Both the position numbers and the translations under genes were made by a program. A model generated the notes under the pieces. It was not told the DNA's origin and did no database searches. It saw nothing but the letters and a program-made list of their open reading frames with translations. Below are positions 9,779 to 19,210 of a stretch of DNA of 43,332 nucleotides, piece after piece. The stretch is taken from assembly GCA_963978095.1 (NCBI GenBank), contig CAXBQP010000024.1, forward strand, positions 1-43,332. Reading direction: 5' to 3'. This DNA is from an uncultured bacterium (lineage in GTDB: Bacteria > Gemmatimonadota > Gemmatimonadetes > Gemmatimonadales > Gemmatimonadaceae). Positions within the stretch are counted from its first letter, which is position 1. Each line of letters opens with the position of its first letter.

Positions 9779-11646
9779 TCGGGTTCCGTCGACTCTCGCT
9801 CGCACTGCTTGCAGTGTCGGTTCTGGGCGCGCCGCTGGTCGGGCGCGCCCAAGCTGTCCCATTGCCCCGGATCGCGGCGGACTCGGGCAAAGTCCGGGCA
9901 GCCCCCGATAGCGCGAAAGTCGATTCCTTCTCCTTCAAGGCGGCGGAGCCGCCGAAGCGAGACAGCATCCGGAAAGACAGCATCAAGGCGCCGATCGCGC
10001 GGGCGTACAGTCCCGCCAACCTCGAAATCGCACAGCGGTCGTGGCATTGGGACCGCGACTCGATATTTGCCTCCGGCGCCCTGACCCTCGGAGACTTGCT
10101 CAGCGTGGTTCCCGGCGTGACCACACTGACTGCCGGGTTTCTGATGGCGCCACAAATTGCCGCGCTGCATGGGGACCCGGGCGCCACCAAGGTATATCTG
10201 GATGGCGTCGAACTCGACCAGCTGCAACCTCGCAACGGCGGCATTGCCGATCTGGCATTCCTCCCTCTCTGGACGCTGGAGGATGTCAGTGTCGAGAGGA
10301 GCGCCGGCGAGTTGCGCGTGCATCTGCGCACTTGGCGCGTGGACAACACAACGCCGCAGACTCGGGTCGATGTCCTGAGCGGATCCGATAACATGAACCT
10401 GTTTCGCGGCTGGTACGGACGCCGGTTCGACAACGGCATCGCCCTCCAGTTCAGCGGACAGCAGTACTCGACGCTCTCCAGCACGAATCCGTATGGGGAC
10501 AACCTCGGCGTCATGAGCCGCATCGGCTGGGCCCGCGGTAGCTGGAGTGTCGACGCCATGACTGTGCGTCAGTCGATCGACCGACAGAAGGGCCCACGGG
10601 GACTTCTCTTCGGCCCCGCGACCTCGGACGGTGTGCCGGCCTTCAAGGGCAACGAGGGTACCGCCTATGCACGCATCGCGTGGCGCGATCCCGCGTCGGA
10701 CGGGCCCTGGGTGCAGCTGATCGCGGCGACGCTCCGCACGGCCGAGGACCATTCAACGTCCAGTACGGGCGCGCCCGCGGTGGCGGTGCCGGGCGACTCC
10801 GTCGACACCGTTCGAACCCGAAGTGAATACACCATCACCGGTGGGTTCACACGTGGGGCGCTGCGCCTGAGCGCAACAACGCGTGTACGCTCCGTGGAAC
10901 ATCACGCGTTTTTCTCATCCGGGGCGAGGGCGGAATACGCGAACCGGTTCGTCGCCATCGGTGCCTTCACCGAGCAGGCGTTGGACCTGACCAAGTACAG
11001 CGACATCACCGCCCGATTCACCCCGGCTGAATGGCTCAATATCGGAGCATCGGCCAGCCGAGCCGCGCCGGGCGATACCGCCCTGGGGCCGGCGCGATCG
11101 AGCACCCGGCTCGAGGCCGCTCTCAGGTTCCGCGACCGATGGATCTCGGCCGGCCTGATCTCACGGAGCGCCCAGTCCATGCTGCCGCTCATCGAGATGG
11201 ACACGTCGCTCCGCCGATTCACGGTGCCTGCGGCGACCGGTCTCACGGTCGGGATTCGCGGTCCGGTATGGCGCGGCTGGGAACTCGACATCGACGGCAC
11301 CTCCTGGAATGACCCTGCGCCATATCGACCCCAGCAGCAGCTGCACACGCGTCTGTGGTTCCAATCCTGGTTTCTGGAGCGTTTCCCCCGGAAGAACTTC
11401 CACCTCGCGGTGGAGCTGACGAACGATTATCGCACGGCGGCATATCTGCCGGTGGGCAAGAATCTCTTCGGTCAGACCAGCCGCGGCGGTAGCATCTGGG
11501 GCAGCATGGTGGAAATCCGGATCTCCTCGGCGGTCATCTCGTGGCAGTACCGCAATATGGCGGGCTACCAATACGAGTCCGTGCCTGGCTACCTCATGCC
11601 GCGCCTGCTCAACATCTACGGCGTGCGCTGGGAGTTCTGGAACTAG
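9775..11646 (+). CDS. Outer-membrane beta-barrel protein with TonB-dependent receptor plug-like domain (start codon uncertain)
   Basis: Signal peptide (L/M)IGFRRLSLALLAVSVLGAPLVGRAQA. Plug-like TLGDLLSVVPGV, VYLDGVEL, DLAFLPLWTLEDVSVER. C-terminal beta-signal YGVRWEFWN. The ORF-track start at 9520 lies inside pepA. Confidence 0.72.
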   Translation: MIGFRRLSLALLAVSVLGAPLVGRAQAVPLPRIAADSGKVRAAPDSAKVDSFSFKAAEPPKRDSIRKDSIKAPIARAYSPANLEIAQRSWHWDRDSIFASGALTLGDLLSVVPGVTTLTAGFLMAPQIAALHGDPGATKVYLDGVELDQLQPRNGGIADLAFLPLWTLEDVSVERSAGELRVHLRTWRVDNTTPQTRVDVLSGSDNMNLFRGWYGRRFDNGIALQFSGQQYSTLSSTNPYGDNLGVMSRIGWARGSWSVDAMTVRQSIDRQKGPRGLLFGPATSDGVPAFKGNEGTAYARIAWRDPASDGPWVQLIAATLRTAEDHSTSSTGAPAVAVPGDSVDTVRTRSEYTITGGFTRGALRLSATTRVRSVEHHAFFSSGARAEYANRFVAIGAFTEQALDLTKYSDITARFTPAEWLNIGASASRAAPGDTALGPARSSTRLEAALRFRDRWISAGLISRSAQSMLPLIEMDTSLRRFTVPAATGLTVGIRGPVWRGWELDIDGTSWNDPAPYRPQQQLHTRLWFQSWFLERFPRKNFHLAVELTNDYRTAAYLPVGKNLFGQTSRGGSIWGSMVEIRISSAVISWQYRNMAGYQYESVPGYLMPRLLNIYGVRWEFWN

Positions 11647-11703
11647 CCTGTCCCCGATTCGACCCGAGTCACGGCACTCGAATCCCCGCGCGCCGACCGC
11701 GGC

Positions 11704-11732
11704 TTTACAACGTCGCCTTTGTAGCGTAACTT
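11704..11732 (+). promoter_or_regulatory. Putative promoter of the yicC-gmk-rpoZ operon
   Basis: TTTACA (11704-11709), 17 nt, TAACTT (11727-11732), in an AT-richer gap. Confidence 0.4.
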
Positions 11733-11744
11733 ACACGGCTACAT

Positions 11745-12620
11745 ATGATTAGAAGCATGACGGGGTTCGGGGCAGCGGAAGGCAGCGTCGGCTCAATGCG
11801 AGTCGCCGTTGAGTTGCGTTCCGTGAACCACCGCTTTTTCAATCCGAGCATCAAGCTGCCCGGCGCCTTCCAGCGTTGGGAGGTCGAAGTGCGCGAAACC
11901 CTCCGCAAGTCGGTCGCCCGCGGTCATGTGACCGTATTCGCCCGGTACGAGCGGGAGGGAGAGCAGCTGGCCGCCGTGGACGAAGCGCGATTCGCCCATT
12001 ACGCCGGCGCGCTCAAGGCACTGCGCGATCGCCACGGCCTCGAGGGCCCGGTGGACATCGCCGCCGTGCTCCGGATGCCGGATGTCATTCGGATGGATGC
12101 CGAGAATGTCGCCGAAGGAACAGTCGGGGAGTTCATGGCGGTGGTCGAGACGGCTGCGGCTGAGTTGAACCGGATGCGGGAGGCCGAAGGGGCCCGTCTC
12201 GTGACGGTCCTCCTCGGCCGGGTCGACGCGATCGAGGAAGCGCTCGGACGCATCGCGGGCCGCGCGCCGGAGCGTGTGGTGGCGCAGCGCGATCGACTGC
12301 GGGAAAATGTGAAGGTGCTGGCCGACGGTGTGGCAGTGGACGAGCAGCGGCTCGCCCAGGAAATCGCGATTCTCGCCGATCGGCTGGACGTGGGGGAGGA
12401 GCTCGATCGATTCGCGGCGCACATCGCCGCCTACCGTGAGGCCCTCTCGCACGACACGGTGGAACCGGTTGGGAAGCGCCTCGGTTTTCTCTTGCAGGAG
12501 ATGCTGCGCGAGGCGAACACCACCGGGAGCAAGGCCAACGACGCGAGCATCCAGCGCGACGTCATGCAGATCAAGGAGGAACTCGAGCGCATCCGCGAAC
12601 AGGTGGAGAACCTCGAGTGA
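11745..12620 (+). CDS. yicC: YicC/YloC family endoribonuclease
   Basis: MIRSMTGFG, ELRSVNHRF, EELDRF, GKRLGFLLQEMLREANTTGSK, LERIREQVENLE. Upstream of gmk as usual. Confidence 0.95.
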   Translation: MIRSMTGFGAAEGSVGSMRVAVELRSVNHRFFNPSIKLPGAFQRWEVEVRETLRKSVARGHVTVFARYEREGEQLAAVDEARFAHYAGALKALRDRHGLEGPVDIAAVLRMPDVIRMDAENVAEGTVGEFMAVVETAAAELNRMREAEGARLVTVLLGRVDAIEEALGRIAGRAPERVVAQRDRLRENVKVLADGVAVDEQRLAQEIAILADRLDVGEELDRFAAHIAAYREALSHDTVEPVGKRLGFLLQEMLREANTTGSKANDASIQRDVMQIKEELERIREQVENLE

Positions 12621-13258
12621 ACCCGTTTCCAATCGTGATGTCGGCGCCATCCGGTGCCGGCAAGACGACGGTCACGAGAGAGTTGCTTGCTCGGCGTACC
12701 GACCTGGGGTATTCGGTGTCGTGCACGACGCGCTCGCCCCGCCCCGGTGAGGTGGACGGAGTCGATTATCATTTCCTCACGCCGTCCGACTTTCTCGCGC
12801 GGGTGGAACAGCAGCAAATGGCGGAGCATGCCAATGTGCACGGCCGGATGTACGGCACGTTGAAAAGTGCGGTCCAAACGGTGCTCGACAGCGGGAAGCA
12901 TGTCATGATGGACATCGATGTGCAGGGGGCGCGACAGTTCGCCCACGCCTATCCGCACGCGGTGCTGGTGTTCCTGCTGCCCCCCTCGGTCGAGGTGCTG
13001 GTTGCACGGCTCATCGGGCGCAACACGGAAGACCGTTCGACGCTGCTCACCCGCCTGCGGAGCGCGCACGCCGAGCTGCAGGATGTGGACCGGTATCACT
13101 ATGTCGTGGTCAACGACCACCTCGAGGCGACCATCGCCCGCGTGGGAGCTATCATCGACGCGGAAATGGTACGGCGCGATCGGGTACGCGCGCTGGATCA
13201 GCAGGTGTTGGGATTGGTGCAACGGTTGGAGCAGGAAATTTCGCAGTATTCGGCTTAG
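12617..13258 (+). CDS. gmk: Guanylate kinase
   Basis: SAPSGAGKTT P-loop, SVSCTTRSPRPGEVDGVDYHF, DIDVQGA, FLLPPS. Confidence 0.97.
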   Translation: MNPFPIVMSAPSGAGKTTVTRELLARRTDLGYSVSCTTRSPRPGEVDGVDYHFLTPSDFLARVEQQQMAEHANVHGRMYGTLKSAVQTVLDSGKHVMMDIDVQGARQFAHAYPHAVLVFLLPPSVEVLVARLIGRNTEDRSTLLTRLRSAHAELQDVDRYHYVVVNDHLEATIARVGAIIDAEMVRRDRVRALDQQVLGLVQRLEQEISQYSA

Positions 13259-13277
13259 GCATCTTCAAGGACACACC

Positions 13278-13487
13278 ATGCGAGTCTTCACCCCGACAGA
13301 AGTCACGGAACATGCGGCCAACAAGTACCTGTCCGTGCTGGTGGCGGCCAAGTACGCCCGCGTGCTCAACGATTTTCCCCGCGACCGCTCGAAGATCGAG
13401 AAGAAGCTGACGACCCGCGCGCTCGAAGAGCTGTCGGGTGGCGACATCGAGTATCGCGTCGTGCCGCGCCGCCGCGCGGCCGAGTAA
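13278..13487 (+). CDS. rpoZ: RNA polymerase omega subunit
   Basis: 69 aa from ATG 13278. NKYLSVLVAAKYAR...KKLTTRALEEL. Canonical gmk-rpoZ-coaBC synteny. Confidence 0.88.
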   Translation: MRVFTPTEVTEHAANKYLSVLVAAKYARVLNDFPRDRSKIEKKLTTRALEELSGGDIEYRVVPRRRAAE

Positions 13488-13511
13488 ACAGCTCCCGCCC
13501 GCGATCACGCC

Positions 13512-14717
13512 GTGCGCCCCTACAAGGGCCGGCGGATCCTCCTCGGCGTCACCGGGGGGATTGCGAGCTACAAGACGGCCTGGCTTGCGCGGCTCCTCGC
13601 GCAGGCCGGAGCCGAGGTGGACGTCGTCCTCACACGGTCCGCCCGTGAGTTCATCGGCGCCGTCACCTTCGAGGCGCTCACCGGACGTCCGGTGCACACG
13701 GAACTCGTCGCCGAAGGACATGCGCTCGATCACATCAAGCTCGCACGATCGGCGGAGCTGATCCTCGTCGCGCCGGCGACGGCGGATTTTCTCGCTCGTG
13801 CCGCCGGCGGACGCAGTGATGATCTCCTCACGGCCTGTCTTCTGGCGACCGATGCCCCGGTGCTCCTGGTTCCGGCCATGAACGACCGGATGTGGGCACA
13901 TGCGCAGACGGGCGCGAACGTCAAGCATCTCCGCGCGCTGGGGTACACCGTGCTCGAGCCGGATGCCGGTGCGCTCGCGTCGCCCCAGGAGGGCGCGGGA
14001 CCTGGTCGTATGCCGGAGCCGGACGCGATTTTCGCGCAGGCGGGACGACTGCTGGAGTCGCACGATCTGGCGGGACGGACGGTGACGGTAACCGCAGGGC
14101 CGACCCGAGAAGCCGTGGATCCCGTGCGTTACCTCAGCAACCACAGCTCTGGGAAGATGGGCGTTGCGATCGCGGCCGCCGCGTGGCGACGCGGTGCCGA
14201 GGTGACGCTTATCGCCGGTCCAACCAGCGTAGCGCTGCCGCAGGGAATCTGCGTCGCACGCGTGGAAACCACCGATGAGATGGCCGTGGCCGTGCGTGCC
14301 GCACTGCCCACGAGCGACGTGCTGATCATGGCGGCCGCGCCCGCGGATTTCCGCCCGGCGACCATTGCCGACGCCAAGCTCAAGAAGGCGAATCGGCCCG
14401 ACGCGATCACCCTCGAGAACACCGTCGACATCCTGTCATCCACGCGTGACATGCGGAAACCCGGAAGTGTCATCGTGGGCTTCGCGCTGGAAACCGACGA
14501 CGTCATGTCGCACGCGCAGGCCAAGCTCGCGGCGAAGGCGCTCGACCTCATCGTCGTCAACGATCAGCGCGAAGCTGGCGCCGGATTCGGCGGGGACACG
14601 AACCGCGTCACACTGCTCGCGCCGGGACGACCACCGGAGGAGCTGGCACTCCTGCTGAAGACCGAGGTCGCCGATGCGATTCTCGACCGCGTGGGAGGTG
14701 CGTTGGGTGGACGCTAG
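13512..14717 (+). CDS. coaBC: Bifunctional phosphopantothenoylcysteine decarboxylase/synthetase
   Basis: LGVTGGIASYK, VAPATAD, PAMNDRM, TAGPTREAVDPVRYLSNHSSGKMG, VGFALET. Confidence 0.96.
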   Translation: MRPYKGRRILLGVTGGIASYKTAWLARLLAQAGAEVDVVLTRSAREFIGAVTFEALTGRPVHTELVAEGHALDHIKLARSAELILVAPATADFLARAAGGRSDDLLTACLLATDAPVLLVPAMNDRMWAHAQTGANVKHLRALGYTVLEPDAGALASPQEGAGPGRMPEPDAIFAQAGRLLESHDLAGRTVTVTAGPTREAVDPVRYLSNHSSGKMGVAIAAAAWRRGAEVTLIAGPTSVALPQGICVARVETTDEMAVAVRAALPTSDVLIMAAAPADFRPATIADAKLKKANRPDAITLENTVDILSSTRDMRKPGSVIVGFALETDDVMSHAQAKLAAKALDLIVVNDQREAGAGFGGDTNRVTLLAPGRPPEELALLLKTEVADAILDRVGGALGGR

Positions 14718-15708
14718 AGACCGGCTGCGGCAATACCTCGAACAACGGCGCGAACTCGGTGAGAGCGAATATGTTCTCGACTCGCTCAGCGTCGAGGACG
14801 CGCTCAAAAGCCTCGGGATGCGGGGAGAGCTGCCGCCGGGCCGTCACACACCCCCCAGCGCCGCGAGGCATCAGGCCGAGCGACTCGCGCAGTCGGGTGA
14901 CTGGCGCGAAGCGTTGCGAGCAGTCGGGGCGGAGCGGCCTGGTAGCGCAGCCGCCACCCCGCCGTTGCCAAGCGACCCCGGTACCAATGCGATTGAGCCG
15001 GTCGCGCGGACCGAGGCGCCCAAAGAGAAGGTTGGACGTTACGAGATGCCCCAGCCGCCAGCCGGCGCACCGGTCGCGGGCGAGCCCGCGAAAGGCTTGG
15101 TCATCGGAACCACGATGTCGGACGTGACCAGCCCCCTGGCCCACGTGGAATCGCTGGATGCACTGGCCAAGGCTGTCGCCACATGCCAGGCGTGCGGCCT
15201 CCACACTACAGCGACCAACGCGGTTCCGGGCGAAGGAAACCCGAAGGCTGGGTTCGTTGTTGTCGGGGAGGCGCCGGGCGCGCACGAGGACGAGTCGGGG
15301 CGCCCGTTCGTGGGGGCCGCGGGACAGCTGCTGACCAAGATCCTTGAGGCCATCCAGTTCAAGCGGGACGACGTTTTCATCTGTAACGTCCTCAAACATC
15401 GTCCGCCGGGCAATCGCAACCCCGCGCTCGACGAAATCACGGCCTGTAGCCCCTTCCTGTGGCGGCAGTTGGAACTGCTCCAGCCCAAGGTCATCCTCGC
15501 CCTGGGAACCTTCGCCGCTCAGACGCTCCTGCGGACGAGCACCCCAATGGGTAAATTGCGCGGGCAGGTGCATCGCTTTCACGGGGTGCCCCTGATCGTG
15601 ACCTATCACCCTGCAGCGCTCCTTCGGAATCCGAACTGGAAGCGCCCAACTTGGGAAGATGTCCAGCTCGCTCGGCGAATCTACGATGACGTCTCCGGAT
15701 CGGTCTGA
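14707..15708 (+). CDS. Family-4 uracil-DNA glycosylase with long N-terminal extension
   Basis: GTG at 14707 after GGGAGG. CQACGL, VGEAPGAHED, GRPFVGAAG, NVLKHRPPGNRNP, TYHPAALLR. Confidence 0.92.
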   Translation: MDARDRLRQYLEQRRELGESEYVLDSLSVEDALKSLGMRGELPPGRHTPPSAARHQAERLAQSGDWREALRAVGAERPGSAAATPPLPSDPGTNAIEPVARTEAPKEKVGRYEMPQPPAGAPVAGEPAKGLVIGTTMSDVTSPLAHVESLDALAKAVATCQACGLHTTATNAVPGEGNPKAGFVVVGEAPGAHEDESGRPFVGAAGQLLTKILEAIQFKRDDVFICNVLKHRPPGNRNPALDEITACSPFLWRQLELLQPKVILALGTFAAQTLLRTSTPMGKLRGQVHRFHGVPLIVTYHPAALLRNPNWKRPTWEDVQLARRIYDDVSGSV

Positions 15709-17086
15709 TCCCTTCCGCGATCGGCGGCCTCCGTATTCGGAGGATGCCGAACAAGCCGTGCTCGGTGCGATGCTGCTCGACGGCGACGCGATTGTTCGCG
15801 CCCTCGAGATGGTGGACGAATCCATGTTCTATCGCGAGGGACATCGCCGGATCTTCAAGGCGATGCTCGCGATTTCCCAGAGCGGGGCGGTCGTCGATCC
15901 GCTGACCCTCTCGAATGAACTGGAAAAGCACGGCTCGCTGCAGGCCGCTGGTGGGAAGGACTACATCGGTGTGTTGCTCTACGTCGTGCCGACGGCGGCG
16001 AACATCGAGTACCACCTCAAGATCGTTCGCGAAAAAGCCTTACGCCGCCGTCTCATCGAAGTCGCGCAAAGTCTGGTCACGGAGGCGCACGAATCGGCGT
16101 CCGAGGCTGGGGAACTGATCGATCTGGCCGAGCACAAGATCTTCCAGGTCAGCCAGCAGCGTGGCTCCGATGGCTTCACCCGCATCAAGGAGTTGCTCTG
16201 GCCCGCCATGGAGCGGATCGAGTCGCTCCGGGAGGGGGGACCGCTCACGGGCGTGCCATCGGGATTCGCCGAACTCGACGGCATGACGCTCGGCTTCCAG
16301 CCCTCGGATCTGGTCATCATTGCCGCCCGCCCGTCGATGGGAAAAACGGCGTTTGTCCTGAATGTTGCGCAATACGCCGCTGTTGAACGCAATATTCCGA
16401 CGGCGATCTTCTCGTTGGAAATGAGTAAAGAGTCCCTCGTGATGCGTATGCTCGCCTCCGAGGGATACATCGATGCCCAGCGCCTGCGCTCGGGCAAGCT
16501 CACCAGTCAGGATCACTCGAACCTGGCCAAGGCCGCCGCATTGCTCGGACAGGCTCCGATCTGGATCGACGACTCGCCCGGCCTCTCACTCCTCGAGATC
16601 CGTTCGCGGGCCCGCCGCCTCAAGTCGCAGCATGATCTCAAGATGATCATCGTCGACTACCTGCAGCTGGTGACCGGACCGCCGGGGGTGGAAAGTCGGC
16701 AGCAGGAGATCTCGCAAATCTCCCGCTCGTTGAAGATCCTGGCGAAGGAGCTGCAGGTGCCGGTGCTCGCCTTGTCGCAGCTGTCGCGCGCCCCGGAGCA
16801 GCGCACGGGTGAGAACAAGCGTCCGCAACTCTCCGACCTTCGCGAATCGGGGGCCATCGAGCAGGACGCGGACCTCGTGATGTTCATCTACCGGCCGGAG
16901 TTCTACGAGCGGGCGGTGGACGAGCAGGGCAATCCCAACAAGACCAGCGACGGCATTCCGCTCGAAGGGCTCGCCGAGATCATCGTGGGCAAACAACGTA
17001 ACGGACCCACGGGAATCGCACGCCTGAACTTCCGCAAACAGTTCACTCGGTTCGAGAACTACACCAACCGCGAACCGGGGCAGTAG
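15686..17086 (+). CDS. dnaB: Replicative DNA helicase
   Basis: PPYSEDAEQAVLG, AARPSMGKT, FSLEMS, IVDYLQL, LSQLSR, DLRESGAIEQDAD, KQRNGPTG. No intein. Confidence 0.97.
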   Translation: MTSPDRSDPFRDRRPPYSEDAEQAVLGAMLLDGDAIVRALEMVDESMFYREGHRRIFKAMLAISQSGAVVDPLTLSNELEKHGSLQAAGGKDYIGVLLYVVPTAANIEYHLKIVREKALRRRLIEVAQSLVTEAHESASEAGELIDLAEHKIFQVSQQRGSDGFTRIKELLWPAMERIESLREGGPLTGVPSGFAELDGMTLGFQPSDLVIIAARPSMGKTAFVLNVAQYAAVERNIPTAIFSLEMSKESLVMRMLASEGYIDAQRLRSGKLTSQDHSNLAKAAALLGQAPIWIDDSPGLSLLEIRSRARRLKSQHDLKMIIVDYLQLVTGPPGVESRQQEISQISRSLKILAKELQVPVLALSQLSRAPEQRTGENKRPQLSDLRESGAIEQDADLVMFIYRPEFYERAVDEQGNPNKTSDGIPLEGLAEIIVGKQRNGPTGIARLNFRKQFTRFENYTNREPGQ

Positions 17087-17097
17087 GGAGTCGCGTC

Positions 17098-18495
17098 GTG
17101 GCCGTTCGCGTCAAGACAGTGTACCGGTGCACGGAGTGCGGTGCGGATTTTCCCAAATGGTCGGGGAAATGCGACGCGTGCGGCGAGTGGAACACGCTCG
17201 GCGAAGAGGTGGCAGCGCCACGTGCGATCGCAGGTGGAGCAGCGCGTCGAAAGGCGGGCGCGGGCGCGCTCGGCTCCGGCGGGGCCGTGGCAGCGACCCC
17301 GAAGCTGCGAGACGTCATCGGCGCCGAGGACCAACGGCTCCAGACCGGGCTCAACGAGTTCGACTTTGTGCTGGGCGGCGGTGTCGTTCCGGGTTCGATG
17401 GTCTTGGTCGGAGGAGAGCCCGGCATTGGCAAATCCACGATCCTGCTGCAGGTGGCGTCGCAGCTCGAGGGGATGGGAATTCGCACCCTGTACGTGTCGG
17501 GTGAAGAGTCCCCGCTCCAGGTGAAGCTCCGCGCGGATCGCCTCGGTGCGCACTCCGGGGATGTCGCATTACTCGGGGAAACGTTGCTCGAAACGATCCT
17601 TGCCACCGCCGCCGATCGGCAGCCCCAAGTGATGATCGTCGATTCCATCCAAACGGTCTTCACGGGGGATCTGGAGGGCGCTCCGGGCAATGTCGGACAG
17701 GTGCGGGAGTGTGCCGCGCGGCTCATGCGATTCGCCAAGGAGAGCGGGACGGCGGTGTTCGTCGTCGGACACGTGACGAAAGGTGGCGGAATCGCCGGCC
17801 CGAAGACGCTTGAGCACATCGTGGACACGGTGCTGTACTTCGAGGGGGAGGGCTCACTCGACCACCGCGTGCTTCGGGCGACCAAGAATCGGTTCGGTTC
17901 CGTCGACGAGATCGGGGTGTTCAAGATGACGGAGCAGGGGCTGATGCCGGTCGAGAATCCCAGCGCGCTGTTCTTGGGCGATCGCGACGGCAATCATGCC
18001 AGCGGAAGCGCGGTGACTGCGCTGCTCGAGGGATCCCGGCCGATGCTGCTCGAGGTGCAAGCGCTTGCAGCCAAGGCCGGTTTCGGCACGCCCCAGCGCG
18101 TGGCGACCGGATTTGATGGTCGGCGCCTCGCGCTCCTGTTGGCGGTGCTCGACAAACGGGCCGGACTCTCGTTCGCGCAGCTCGACGTCTTCCTGAACGT
18201 GGTCGGCGGTGTGCGCGTACAGGAGCCCGCGGGCGATTTGGCCGTGGCCGCAGCGCTGGCGAGCAGCGTGTATGACAAACCGCTTCCCCGCGAGGCGGTG
18301 TTCCTTGGCGAAGTGGGACTCGGCGGGGAAATCCGGGCGGTCTCCCAAGTCGAACGACGCATCGCCGAGGCGGAGAAGATGGGAATGTCGGTGGCGTACG
18401 TTGGCGAGCGCAGCGTACCCAAGCGCTCTCCGAAGCAGATCCGCGTCGAGGGCGTTCGAGACATCGGGGCACTTTTCAGGTCGCTCTTTCGTTGA
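17098..18495 (+). CDS. radA: DNA repair protein RadA/Sms
   Basis: CTECG...CDAC zinc finger, GGEPGIGKST, DSIQT, KNRFG motif, Lon-like C-terminus. Confidence 0.97.
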   Translation: MAVRVKTVYRCTECGADFPKWSGKCDACGEWNTLGEEVAAPRAIAGGAARRKAGAGALGSGGAVAATPKLRDVIGAEDQRLQTGLNEFDFVLGGGVVPGSMVLVGGEPGIGKSTILLQVASQLEGMGIRTLYVSGEESPLQVKLRADRLGAHSGDVALLGETLLETILATAADRQPQVMIVDSIQTVFTGDLEGAPGNVGQVRECAARLMRFAKESGTAVFVVGHVTKGGGIAGPKTLEHIVDTVLYFEGEGSLDHRVLRATKNRFGSVDEIGVFKMTEQGLMPVENPSALFLGDRDGNHASGSAVTALLEGSRPMLLEVQALAAKAGFGTPQRVATGFDGRRLALLLAVLDKRAGLSFAQLDVFLNVVGGVRVQEPAGDLAVAAALASSVYDKPLPREAVFLGEVGLGGEIRAVSQVERRIAEAEKMGMSVAYVGERSVPKRSPKQIRVEGVRDIGALFRSLFR

Positions 18496-18502
18496 GGCGC
18501 GT

Positions 18503-19204
18503 ATGAGCGAGCGCGATGTGGGGGTCGTCATTGTGGCGGGGGGCAGCAGTACGCGCACCCAAGCCGGCGGATCCGGCGAGCTGAAGCAACTCCGGTGGGT
18601 CGCGGGCAAGCCCATGTTGCTGCACTCCCTCCAGACCTTTCAAGCGCGTCCTGACGTGGCGATGGTCGTCTGCGTGCTGCCCCAGCGCTACGCCGGCGAT
18701 CCGCCCCCGTGGCTCTTCCAGTGCGATCTCGACCGCATGCTGATCGCCCCTGGCGGCAAGGTGCGCGCGGAATCCGTCTACCACGGGCTCGAAGATCTGC
18801 CCGCGGAGTGCCGCTACGTCCTCATCCATGACGCCGCGCGCCCGTTGGCGACACCGGAGATGATCGATCGCGTGGTTCTCGAGGCACGGAGAGGGCACGG
18901 CGCCGTTGCCGCGCTTCCAGTGGTCGACACACTCAAGGAAGTTGATGGCGACGGCCGGATCGTGTGCACCGTGCCCCGCGACAACCTCTGGCGCGCGCAA
19001 ACGCCGCAGGGATTCCCGCGCGAGCTGATCGTTCGCGCCCATGAGGAGGCGCGGGCCGCGGGCGTCGACGCGACGGATGATGCCGCGTTGTGCGAGCGCA
19101 TCGGCGTGCCCGTCGTCGTCGTGCGCGGGAGCGAGCGTGCGATGAAGGTGACCGAGGAGGCCGACTTCACCCGCGCGGAAGCCCTCTTTCCGCTCAGTGA
19201 GTAG
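18503..19204 (+). CDS. ispD: 2-C-methyl-D-erythritol 4-phosphate cytidylyltransferase
   Basis: IVAGGSSTR...KQL, LIHDAARPL, DTLK, RAQTPQGF, TDDA, KVT. ATG at 18503 after GAGG. Confidence 0.93.
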   Translation: MSERDVGVVIVAGGSSTRTQAGGSGELKQLRWVAGKPMLLHSLQTFQARPDVAMVVCVLPQRYAGDPPPWLFQCDLDRMLIAPGGKVRAESVYHGLEDLPAECRYVLIHDAARPLATPEMIDRVVLEARRGHGAVAALPVVDTLKEVDGDGRIVCTVPRDNLWRAQTPQGFPRELIVRAHEEARAAGVDATDDAALCERIGVPVVVVRGSERAMKVTEEADFTRAEALFPLSE

Positions 19205-19210
19205 TTGCAC

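Noticed and set aside
7039..9862. Long antisense ORFs opposite icd and pepA (likewise opposite fdh, sdhA, nuoD, nuoF, nuoG and others)
   Set aside because: These are shadow ORFs expected from high GC3 codon bias. They have no motifs and completely overlap well-supported genes.
12918..13277. 189-aa ORF suggesting an N-terminally extended RpoZ
   Set aside because: The extension overlaps gmk in another frame. The omega-like sequence starts at ATG 13278.
15686..17086. Intein in dnaB
   Set aside because: The protein is normal length with contiguous helicase motifs.
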